This document shows, piece by piece, positions 33,701-38,967 of a stretch of 64,000 nt of DNA; within the stretch, counting starts at the first letter, position 1, and every line of letters begins with the position of its first letter. The stretch covers positions 32,001 to 96,000 of the forward strand of contig JAYTSD010000017.1 of the NCBI GenBank assembly GCA_043745805.1, in the 5' to 3' direction. The notes beneath the pieces were generated by a model. It searched no databases. It was given only the letters and a program-made list of their open reading frames with translations, and was not told the origin of the DNA. The stretch comes from Fibrobacteria bacterium. Lineage in GTDB: Bacteria > Fibrobacterota > Fibrobacteria > UBA11236. The translations under genes were made by a program, and so were the position numbers.

Positions 33701-36700
33701 TCAGCATTTCGCATAGGCTATTGGAGCGGTGGATCGCCGGATTATTTGACCGGTTTAGTCGATGAAATGGTGGTATCTAATGTGTTACGCGATTCCAATT
33801 GGATTAAATTAGCGTATCAAAATCAACGCGCTTCAGGTAATATATTTTGGAATACTCGCACTAGTCCAAATAATAAAGTGACTCTTAGTTCTTCAGTATC
33901 CAGCACAGGAATTAATTTATCCTGGGGATCTTCTGTATCAGATTCTACCAATGCGGATTCAGTTGGCCTTTGGGTGAAGTATACCGCACCTACTACTGCA
34001 TACTCCAAATTAAATTTTCCAGATAGTGCGAATACTGGTTCCTTTGTGGTGCGTTTACCTATTGCAGATACCACTTATAGCTATCCCGATTTTGCTCCGC
34101 AAATGTATTATTTCGCCTTAGCGGTTCGTAACACTTCTGGAGTTTGGAGTCCAATAACCAGTACCTCAAGTGATACGGCTATCATTTATGGAACGGCTAA
34201 ATTAGATACCGTGTATGTAGATTCTGCTGGAAGTAATTCGAATAGTTGTTCTGATGCAAAAGAACCTAGACTTGCCAAAAAAACCTTAACCTCCGCATTA
34301 ACATGTAGCCCTACTAATGACACCCTAGTTATTAAAGTTATGGCGGGACTTTATACCAATGCGGGTGATGCCGACTTGGCACCCACGGGCAGTGCATCCA
34401 AGGCTTATAAAATAATGGCCTTAGATAAAAATTCACGTCCGGTTCTTAATACCAACGGAACTACATATACCACGCAATTGAATAGCCATGTGCATTTGTA
34501 TAATGCGGATATTAAATGTGGAGTTGATGCTAAGCCGGGCGTACTCTTTAAGGCTGCCAATACCGATATGACTTTATATGGTTGTCGTATTTTAAATGCT
34601 TCGTCTAGTGTGCGTAATAGTGTGGGTATAAGCGGCGGTAGTAGTTCCACGGCGAGAATTTTAATTGCCAATAATATTATCGATAGTATGAGCCAAACGG
34701 GTATTCAATTGCCTAATGTAGCAGATGTAAATGTATTTAATAATGTGATATATAATGGTGGGGGAGCCGCCACAGATACTGGAATTACGGTTACCGGGGC
34801 TAATGGTACGGTAAGTAATATTGCTATTAGCAATAATATTATTAACGGAACTTCAGTGGGTACTTATACCGCGGATGCCTCTATCGGACAACTGTCCAAT
34901 AATTTATTTCATCGCGTTCCTACAGGATATGAAAATCGTGGATCACAAACTGATGCTTCCAAAGTGGTTAAAGATCCTTTGTTTGCCTCAACGGCTTGGT
35001 CTAGTAAATATATGAAGCTCTTACCCAGCTCGCCAGCTATAGATGCGGGAGTGGATACTGTTCCTACTGCCTTTACTTTTACACGCATTCCTTATACGGA
35101 TATTTTTGGAAGCACTCGACCCGTTGGCACTGCACGTGATATAGGTGCTTATGAGGGAACAGGATATGTTCCAGGATTAACCGGTGATTTTGATAGCTTA
35201 ACCACAACTTCTACGGCTACTACCATTACGGTATACAATAACAAATGGAAAATTGTATTTGACAAAGCCAAAGGGGGAGGCATTAGTGAATTTTATGATC
35301 AAACCGCGCCATCGACCAATTTAATGGGTTCCTCAGCGGTTACCTTATTTGATGCGAAAATTGATAGCTACACTGCTTCTTCGCAAACAACCTTGGCAAG
35401 CGCTCCATCTTACCTTATTCAATCACGGGCGCATATGGGTGTGAAACAAGTTTTAAGCGTTTCCGCTAATTTAGTGTTAAATATTTACTATCATATTTAT
35501 CCTTCGGGACATATTTATGTGACCAGTGAAATGATTAATCAAGCGTCTAGCAACACAGCCATTGGAACAGTTGACTATAATTTGCAGGTTGGTACGGCAG
35601 TTACTGCTTTCCATAGTGGTGGTACAAAAAATGGTTATGGCTATTTAACCACCGCAACGCGTGATGCTTATTTAGGGATATTGCAGGACCTCGATGCTGG
35701 AGCAACTTCGGCTGATACCTGGACCGGAACGCCAACTTTAGGTTCGAATAAATTAGTTTATGCGACCACAAATCTGGAAGACTTAACAGGCTACAATACA
35801 CGTCAACAACATTTTCTTTTATACATAGGCGATGGGGCCATAGACGGTACCAAGGCGGCAACCTTAAATGATGATAATTATACTCCCTCACCTGTTACGG
35901 TATCCGAAGGGTCACTTTTACATTTACGCTCTTGGCAAGATGAATTGGTGGGCCATTGGACTTTTGATGACGGCGCCGGAACAGTAGCTAACGACAAATC
36001 GGTGGTGGGGACTAATCATGGAACTATAACCAGTGGAACTTTTGTGGCGGGTAAATGGGCCAGTGCTTTGCGAATGACCACCTCTTCCGTAGTGACCGTG
36101 CCCACTGCGGCATCTTTAGATGCCGGCTTAGGTAAAACTTATATGTTCTGGGTCAAGCCTGATTTTGCAGCCATGGGCGCAACCGCTCGGTATATTAGTA
36201 AAGGGATTACCACAGGTTCTGGTTGGTATGCGCAAAGACCTTCGGGTTTAAGTCAATTGACATTTTATATTGGTGGAACATCGGGTACCGTAACACTTAC
36301 GGGTAGTACATGGAATCACTTAGCTGCTGTTGTTTCTTCTACTGGTGTATTGTCGCTTTATGTAAATGGAGTACTTAAAACATCGGCCACGGGAATTGTT
36401 GCTCCGGTTACGAATAGTACAAGTTTATTATTTGGTTCCGGTGGGGCAGATGCCAATAGCTTTGCGGGAGATTTAGATGATATTCGCATTTATACAGGTA
36501 ATACCGCGGTTATGGGAGAATCAGATATTCAAGCCATTTATAATCAAGGATTTAGTAGTAAATTAGGTCAATATCATTTGCGCAGCAATAATAATAATCG
36601 CATTGTCGCTGTATTAAATGAAGCCAAGGCGCAAACTCGTTTTCAACCCAAGTTTGTAATTGATAATTGGTACGGCCCGCAAACTCCCGTTTATGTTTAT

Positions 36701-38806
36701 GTGGATGGAGTAAGACAAAAACCTATTACCGATTTTATAAGTGCCACTGTGAATGATAACTTGGGTGGCTATCACTTAGAAATGCAATTCAATAAAAATT
36801 GGACTAATCAAAATGTGGATTTATTTATTGATGATAATGATTCAACGGGATATTTAGGCACTAGTGCAAAAATGAAATCCTTAACTATGAGTTTTGATGC
36901 CTCCACACGGAATTTTAAAATACGTAACACTAGTGATACGGTATTTGGGGTGTATGGATCTAATCAATGGGAATTAATCCTCCATTTGTCAGGTAGCAAT
37001 GCAACGAGCGATGGGGATGGGGGACTTTCCTCATGGAAAACTTCGGAAACCAGTCCAAGCACCTTAATTGACAGTGCGACTGATTTAACCGGTACCGCGC
37101 AATATACTTTGGACATGATGCAATACGATGGGGCAGGCCATTATACCTCGGGTACGGATTTTACTCCTACCTCTGCAACCAATATCAACTATACTATCCT
37201 CGATAGCTCCTCTACACGTTTGCGTATAAAAGATTCCGTTACCCTTAATGGAAGCACTCCTAATTTAACCCTGGTGCGCGTGTTTACCATATATCCTACG
37301 GGAAGAATTTTTGTTTCTCAGAAATGGACGGCCTTATCCGCCAATGCCACATCCCCTGTGCAATTAGTTTTGCAAGGGATGACTAATATGAGTACCACCA
37401 GTGATCCCTGGGCTACCGCCACCTCACAAACCAATGGCCGTTCTGGCAAAATTGGGGGTAACATTGCTACCGATTTCCATTCTTTTGGGGTAAGTATGTT
37501 AAGTGTGAAGCCTGGTGCTGCTTCGGTAGTTATGGGAGCCTCAGCGATCAATGGAAATGCAATATCCTCTTCGCAAGTACGTTTAAATGTTAATAGCACA
37601 TACTTCACAACGGCTAATGTGGCGGGTAATGGTGTAATCACAAATTATATGGTGGATATTGGTAAAGATTATGCGGATTCTGCTACTTTAGATACCGTTT
37701 TAGCAGATGTACAAACGCCTTCGGCTATCACGGCTATAACCGGTTCAACCAATACAGCCGATACTACCGATTATGATTTTAATAATGATGGCTATTCCGA
37801 AGGCGAAGGCGCCTATATGTACAACGCATCCAGCGGTGTGGCCCAATTTCAATTTGCTGCTACAAAGCCACAAGTAAATCCTACTTTCCGAATTCGTTCT
37901 TGGACTTTGGGAACTTTACCTGAATTTGTAATAATCAATAATCAATTACAAGTTTATGGTTATGATTACAATGCTTATTTGAATACTGCTTCAACTGAAG
38001 TGATTTTACAATTCAATAAAACCTTAAGTGGTACCAAAAACATTTATATCAGTCATAAATTGGGTTTGGCAGTTACCCTAACGAATTTCCATGCTGTCAG
38101 TGGACAAGGTGAAGACACCTTAATGTGGACTACCGAAAGTGAACATGATAATTTAGGCTATTACATTTATCGTCGCGTTTCGCCGGATTCCATTTTGGCG
38201 GAGCAAATTGAACAAGTACAAAAATCCATGTCTCCTTTGGCTTTAGCGAGTCAAGCGAAAATGGCTCAAAGCGACAGTGTTAAAACTCTATTTGTGGGCG
38301 CTAATTATTCTGCGGATTCTTTGAAAGCCATGGGTTACTTGCGTATTACCCCACAAATTATTGCCGGTCCATCCGGTGGTAATTCGGTGACTACTTTAAA
38401 ATATGCTTTTGTAGATAAGACCGTACCTTATGAACAATGGCAAGATTATTTATTGGAAACAGTGGATATAAATGGCGTTCGAGAACAATTTGGACCGGTG
38501 CGCGCAAAACCACAAAACCCCTTAGAGACGGCTCTCTATGGAAATTACCCTAATCCGTTTAATCCCATTACAATTATTCGCTTTTCCTTAAAAGAAAAAT
38601 TAAAAATCTCTTTGATTATTTATGATGCGAATGGTCGCACGGTGAGAGAATTAATAAAAACGGATAAACCATTAAATCCAGGCAAGTATCGTTTGGTTTG
38701 GGATGCCCGTGATGAGTTTGGTAATGAACTCCCTTCAGGCCAATACTTCTATCGATTTGTGGCTCCGAAATACAAAAAAACCATGAAAATGCTTTATATA
38801 AAATAA
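18704..38806 (+). CDS. Giant (6700 aa) secreted surface protein/adhesin: autotransporter-associated beta-strand repeats, 5x DUF2341+LamG, right-handed beta-helix, extra LamG, T9SS-type-A/FlgD-like C-terminal domain
   Basis: Signal peptide ending VYA; many LTKxGxGTLxLSGxNTYTGxTxVxAGTL repeats; five NFPxLxRL..DIRF..YEIERW..WVKVP units each followed by LamG (FxGxIDEVR); DPLF..SPAIDAG..DIGAYE beta-helix end; terminal GNYPNPFNP..IYDANGRTVREL..VWDARD..G..SGQYFY. Confidence 0.9.
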   Translation: MLKFNVKIYRFFAILFFAFLGIQSVYASTRTWSGGSGVDGNWQTSANWDVLPVAGDDLIFAGSTRLTNANNFPNGTSFKSITFAVGSGAWVVTGNDITLSGGATAIAYNLTSANSGSLACNITFSTTAPTITTAASGTGTLTLSGTMATAGYTVTTAVNGATLALTGVVSGTGAISKTVAGILTLSGANTLSGGVTVSAGTLNINHNTALGTGTFAISGGTIDNTSGSTVTCTNNNTENITGNITYTGTGGATLDLGTGTYGDMGDRTWTVSAGVLKMGGQFWHNRNMTKSGNGELYLYGPGDATYGGFDWLYGFNVTAGTLTLVGASTGNIGSGNLDVQSGGTLNINNNTALGLAGSERLKIHSGAIIGNSSGSTITLTNNNQWNMGGSFTFQGPNDLNLGTGAVTWGNGYTITTSAGNLTIGSVLSGANSLTKAGAGNLILSGANSYSGLTTISAGTLKLGATGGGTNTPLGTIAAGTVVSATGAALDLNGYSLGTAEGLTLNGTGVSSGGALTNSSASAATYTGAIVLGSASSIIASSGDINLTTGGITGAFGLTLGGTSTGSTITSIIGSAAGTLSKSGAGTWALSGVNTFTGGSTISAGTISISNGSSLGAPSGVNLLTFTGPGTLAVTSDLTLPNKMLINQSASASTMTIDVASGITLTTVGNIRSDQTGNINYKTGTGTWISSSDCSYCDNGFFIQAGTFEAQVNNAFGDISTDLITMAANTTLRLTTDATVNFQAGIKINGSGVNIIENRITSGAAVTNTVSKLVVNGAYTVNFSAGTNVTSGTPGLTFSNANTLAGATILDVANSPASMLVTYSSTITGTATNLTVQGAGNTTITGAIAITSGTLTKAGTGTLILGGNSTYTGLTTISAGTLKLGATGDATNTPLGTTGAGTVVSATGAALDLNGFSLGTAEGLTLNGTGVSSGGALTNGSGTAATYTGALVLGSASTILSNSGNIVLTTGGITGAFALTLDGSNAASSISGVIGIGAGTVTKAGTGTWTLLGANTYSGATAVNAGSLAAGVVSVANTSGAFGNNSAVTMANVASTVLNITGFNTQIGSLTGGGGTGGNVTLGAATLSIGGDNSSPSAYAGVISGTGALTKIGSGSLTLSGTNTYTGASTISAGTLLVTGSTSSGAVSVTGTLGGSGSMAGALTVNNGGTIQLSAASSTLTLSSATTPTFTATSTLTIYATASTLDKVSLTHATPTFAAGNVALNVDATGLTGTVTGVTIVQTTNASGVTGTFSSITCNNGYTATPHYNAATITLDITVSPMKKYWTGSGTWNAANTNWATSSGGTYNQTFVAGDTAVFEGTAGTVTVSSPNNPGGIIFNVAGYTVSSGTITMANNPTVITATQSGTINSILAGAVGMTKNGANTLTLGGSSTYTGTTTISVGTLKLGATGDATNTPLGTTGAGTSVTSGAALDLGGFALGTAEALTLNGTGVSSGGALMNSGAATTYSGLVTLGSTGVSILGGTGTIALSNVGTITGSGFTLALGGAQGGSITSIIGTGAGTVTKQDAGTWTLSGSSTYTGLTTVSAGTLKLGATGGATNTPLGTTGAGTSVTAGAALDLGGFALGTAEALTLNGTGLSSGGALMNSGAATTYSGLVTLGSTGVSIMGGTGTIALSNVGTITGSGYALTLGGAQGGSITSIIGTVAGTITKQDAGTWTLSGASTYTGATTVNGGTLAAGVITNAFGSNSAVTMADVAGAILNITGYANTIGSVTGGGTTGGNVNLGAAILTVGGDNTSPAAYAGVISGTGDITKTGSGTLSLSGTNTYSGTTTISAGIASAVGTTSAFGTSLLKPNGGTIQVLNNGAGNNGTITFTNNITLNSTNTGTFDVNNNGSNTGNTVVFSSATTNFGNGQLNFTGGNSYNVQITTFKLGAGTGAGTTILNPTTANIYISTITSTTGWVHTLQLDGTSSGNIVSGVFSDGSSVGPVNKTNTSTWILSGANTNTGAITVTAGTLQIGNAGTTGSLSTTSTIANNATLTFNRTNTITQGTDFVSVISGSGALIQNGSGGTLVLNGSNTYTGATTVSAGTLKLGATGGGTNTPLGTTGAGTSVTAGATLDLAGYALGTAEALTLNGTGISSGGALMNSGAATTYSGLVTLGSTGVSILGGTGTIALSNVGTITGSGYALTLGGAQGGSITSIIGTVAGTVTKQDAGIWTLSGSNTYTGLTTISAGTLKLGATGDATNTPLGTTGSGTSVTSGAALDLAGYALGAAEALTLNGTGVSSGGALTNSSGTAATYTGAIVLGSASSIVSSSGDINLITGGITGAFGLTLSGTNTASTVTSVIGIGAGTLTKSGTGTWTLSGINTYTGATAVNAGTLAAGVVSVANTSGAFGNNSAVTMANVASTVLNITGYNTQIGSLTGGGATGGNVTLGAATLTVGGDNTSPSAYAGVISGTGAMTKIGTGTITLGGANTYTGATTVNAGSLAAGVASVANTSGAFGNNSAVTMANVATAILNITGYSTQVGSLTGGGGTGGNVTLGAATLSVGGDNTTPAAYAGVISGTGGFTKIGTGTITLSGANTYSGATTVSVGSLAAGIASVANTSGAFGNNSAVTMANVATAILNITGYNTQVGSLTGGGGTGGNVTLGAVTLSVGGDNTSPAAYAGVISGTGALTKIGTGTFIVSGSNTFSGVTTVSAGTLKLGAAGGVTNTPLGTTAGITSVTSGAALDLGGFALGTAEALTLNGTGISSGGALMNSGAATTYSGLVTLGSTGVSILGGTGTIALSNVGTITGSGYALTLGGTQGGSIISIIGTGTGTLSKQDAGTWTLSGANTYAGATAVNAGTLAAGVVSVANTSGAFGNNSAITMANVASTVLNITGYNTQIGSLTGGGATGGNITLGAATLSIGGDNTSPSVYAGVISGTGTLTKIGTGTFIISGSNTYSGTTTISAGTLKLGATGDATNTPLGTIGAGTVVSATAAALDLNGYSLGTAEGLTLNGTGVSSGGALTNSSASAVTYTGAIVLGSASSIVASSGDIALTTGGITGAFGLTLDGTSTGSTVTSVIGTGAGTLTKAGAGNWILSGSNTYTGLTTISVGTLKLGAAGGATNTPLGTVAAGTVVSATAAALDLNGYSLGTAEGLTINGTGVSSGGALTNGSASAVAFTGTIALGSASTIASNSGNIVLTTGNITGAFALTLTGSNTASSISNVIAIGAGTITKSGAGTWTLSGTNTFTGLTTVSAGTFNLTGSLGSGAGLTVSAGAVTGTGTVTGTVTIANGATVAPGASGIGTLNTGATVLNNTTTLTYTLGISRSKIVATGNLTLDGTINVTAGSDFAPGSYPILTYTGTLTNNTLDVGTVPDGYFGTVTASAGTVYLNLANYSGWTYVTTINFNTTSTGANVSGNVTSFPMLIRLDSNNFIFDQAMSDGRDIRFSDADGSPLVYEIERWSSTLKKAEIWVLVPQVDGNSKSDFINFYWGNSSATAMTSSVKVFASTAGFAGVWHLNAAFADASSNVNNGTNSSSSDTTGIIGRARDFAVGSSQYVEVPYAASLDLSSFTFSAWTKLTTPGSNRGIISSLFGGNYTFDAQLHNATGMHGDIGNGSSFLTSAADYTTTLNAGDWNYVTWTGTVNAWQVYLNGALVANSTYVGTPEFMKSGETLRIGQTSSSGYFSGSIDEPRVDNVVRNADWVKLSYATQRLNTTTVNFPNTTLSTFAYSSKIYVNTSGSGANITTGQTNFPLLVRLSKANFDFSQAKTDGGDLRFADSTGVLLSYEIERFDATNKLAEIWVLMPTVAGNNNSQWLKMYWGKSTATSLSSSGSVFNSTNSYNGVWHLKEDGNTTAGGYVDATPYGNNGTGTAFTNTSDVTGNIGIGQTFTGSTWIDCGGGSTGSSLHFGTAYTLETWVKASSNASNDKILIKAAAATNTSPYREYELSMQTATFEGDVTTSGSASTVNSTTAPALSTWYHVASTYDGTNIKMYVNGVLEASVAKSGAPNDYARALWIGTVEGNHALAFHGIIDEVRVGNAARTADWIKLSYETQKSGATAVQLGQRPIDFTNSTRFNFNTTVTGANVSGNVTNIPILINLTSSNFDFSKTTNTGTDIQFVDRDGSYLYHEIVDWDKGNSTGKVWVKVPQVDGNLSTDFITLYYGCSACTASPYAVKDSVWSGYKSVFHLNAPEDLAYDATTLANHGAYADNQSNVTGLTGKNALNFNGTSNKIDVPNESNYDFTTNMTVSAWVKVTTLTKAWQAIVTKGDGSWRIMRNNQTNGAEFSLTNGSNYDAAGSTSINDGNWHMLTGTYDGTTAKLYVDGAQDASLAGPASIANGSYDVMIGENKQTTGRYWDGNISEVRLANSAIVQSADFIKLSYENQKSTSTLFSTTTFSTASFQKSKKYQFNTTASGANVSGDIYSFPTLIRVNTNAAGTATPIVDLTQSAGQDIRFLASDGVTWLDYQIERWDPTLDSGEVWVKVPVIHGNSNADFITMYYQQASGVTVPDGQCASCVFSSYKAVYHLSESPGGSAPQFTDLSGNANHGTAQGGVSGDKVSADIGTGYQLNGTSKYISTTTQFTNINTFTNGLWFKTTSTTGGMLFGWDGGQVAYSGSHDRHLWMDNTGKLNFGTYNGSFQNIASTAAYNDGNWHYAVGRLSLAGEFLYVDGASVASNTAYTIGENTSAYWRFGYGNTDWSPTPTSKYINGTLDEITVSHNELSADWIKLAYQNQRRDANSLFNPSPSDFQKTKKFVFNTTKTGANIMDSVTNFPVLVRFTDADAGLLSLVQSGAPDIRFLDGDGKTWLNYQVERWSTATSPDSAEIWVKVPQVDGNSDHDFITMYYQQATGVTVADGQCASCVFDTANGYKAVYHLGEAANTTAGGYADATLNAYNGTGSSMSNTAVAGVIGKAQSLNGSSDYISASGKAVVLGAAARTFSIWANVTGFSGVNTNDGALFQGGKTGASAGKDFTFRVAGNTDDNFQMNYWTTNVPVTVTGAKNNWKNFVMNYSGTRSQLWVNGVLTLDTAVTLSTDTNTTGPSAFRIGYWSGGSPDYLTGLVDEMVVSNVLRDSNWIKLAYQNQRASGNIFWNTRTSPNNKVTLSSSVSSTGINLSWGSSVSDSTNADSVGLWVKYTAPTTAYSKLNFPDSANTGSFVVRLPIADTTYSYPDFAPQMYYFALAVRNTSGVWSPITSTSSDTAIIYGTAKLDTVYVDSAGSNSNSCSDAKEPRLAKKTLTSALTCSPTNDTLVIKVMAGLYTNAGDADLAPTGSASKAYKIMALDKNSRPVLNTNGTTYTTQLNSHVHLYNADIKCGVDAKPGVLFKAANTDMTLYGCRILNASSSVRNSVGISGGSSSTARILIANNIIDSMSQTGIQLPNVADVNVFNNVIYNGGGAATDTGITVTGANGTVSNIAISNNIINGTSVGTYTADASIGQLSNNLFHRVPTGYENRGSQTDASKVVKDPLFASTAWSSKYMKLLPSSPAIDAGVDTVPTAFTFTRIPYTDIFGSTRPVGTARDIGAYEGTGYVPGLTGDFDSLTTTSTATTITVYNNKWKIVFDKAKGGGISEFYDQTAPSTNLMGSSAVTLFDAKIDSYTASSQTTLASAPSYLIQSRAHMGVKQVLSVSANLVLNIYYHIYPSGHIYVTSEMINQASSNTAIGTVDYNLQVGTAVTAFHSGGTKNGYGYLTTATRDAYLGILQDLDAGATSADTWTGTPTLGSNKLVYATTNLEDLTGYNTRQQHFLLYIGDGAIDGTKAATLNDDNYTPSPVTVSEGSLLHLRSWQDELVGHWTFDDGAGTVANDKSVVGTNHGTITSGTFVAGKWASALRMTTSSVVTVPTAASLDAGLGKTYMFWVKPDFAAMGATARYISKGITTGSGWYAQRPSGLSQLTFYIGGTSGTVTLTGSTWNHLAAVVSSTGVLSLYVNGVLKTSATGIVAPVTNSTSLLFGSGGADANSFAGDLDDIRIYTGNTAVMGESDIQAIYNQGFSSKLGQYHLRSNNNNRIVAVLNEAKAQTRFQPKFVIDNWYGPQTPVYVYVDGVRQKPITDFISATVNDNLGGYHLEMQFNKNWTNQNVDLFIDDNDSTGYLGTSAKMKSLTMSFDASTRNFKIRNTSDTVFGVYGSNQWELILHLSGSNATSDGDGGLSSWKTSETSPSTLIDSATDLTGTAQYTLDMMQYDGAGHYTSGTDFTPTSATNINYTILDSSSTRLRIKDSVTLNGSTPNLTLVRVFTIYPTGRIFVSQKWTALSANATSPVQLVLQGMTNMSTTSDPWATATSQTNGRSGKIGGNIATDFHSFGVSMLSVKPGAASVVMGASAINGNAISSSQVRLNVNSTYFTTANVAGNGVITNYMVDIGKDYADSATLDTVLADVQTPSAITAITGSTNTADTTDYDFNNDGYSEGEGAYMYNASSGVAQFQFAATKPQVNPTFRIRSWTLGTLPEFVIINNQLQVYGYDYNAYLNTASTEVILQFNKTLSGTKNIYISHKLGLAVTLTNFHAVSGQGEDTLMWTTESEHDNLGYYIYRRVSPDSILAEQIEQVQKSMSPLALASQAKMAQSDSVKTLFVGANYSADSLKAMGYLRITPQIIAGPSGGNSVTTLKYAFVDKTVPYEQWQDYLLETVDINGVREQFGPVRAKPQNPLETALYGNYPNPFNPITIIRFSLKEKLKISLIIYDANGRTVRELIKTDKPLNPGKYRLVWDARDEFGNELPSGQYFYRFVAPKYKKTMKMLYIK
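20030..28300 (+). repeat. Internal coding tandem repeats of the giant gene (about 146-aa TNTPLGT modules and about 108-aa ANTSGAFGNNSA modules)
   Basis: By eye, nine TNTPLGT-containing modules and five ANTSGAFGNNSA modules plus one variant. 26048-26162 and 26372-26486 are identical except for one base. Confidence 0.85.
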
Positions 38807-38967
38807 AACCCCAGAGTTGCCTTTTTTGGTACACTTGTAAATATAAAGCTATTGCATAAAATTCAAAAGATTGGAACCCTTATTCCCATTTGGAGCATTA
38901 TTAACAACAAATTTGTGCGCAAGTGCCTTATATTTACTGGGGGAATAAATAAAGTTTAGGGGACAAT

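Noticed and set aside
18704-38806. Classical type Va autotransporter
   Set aside because: No C-terminal beta-barrel or terminal aromatic beta-signal; it ends in a FlgD/T9SS-like domain.
19024-38834. Many short antisense or alternate-frame ORFs inside the giant gene (Pro/Val-rich translations)
   Set aside because: Shadow ORFs produced by the Gly/Thr/Ala codon bias of the real gene; no independent coding signal.
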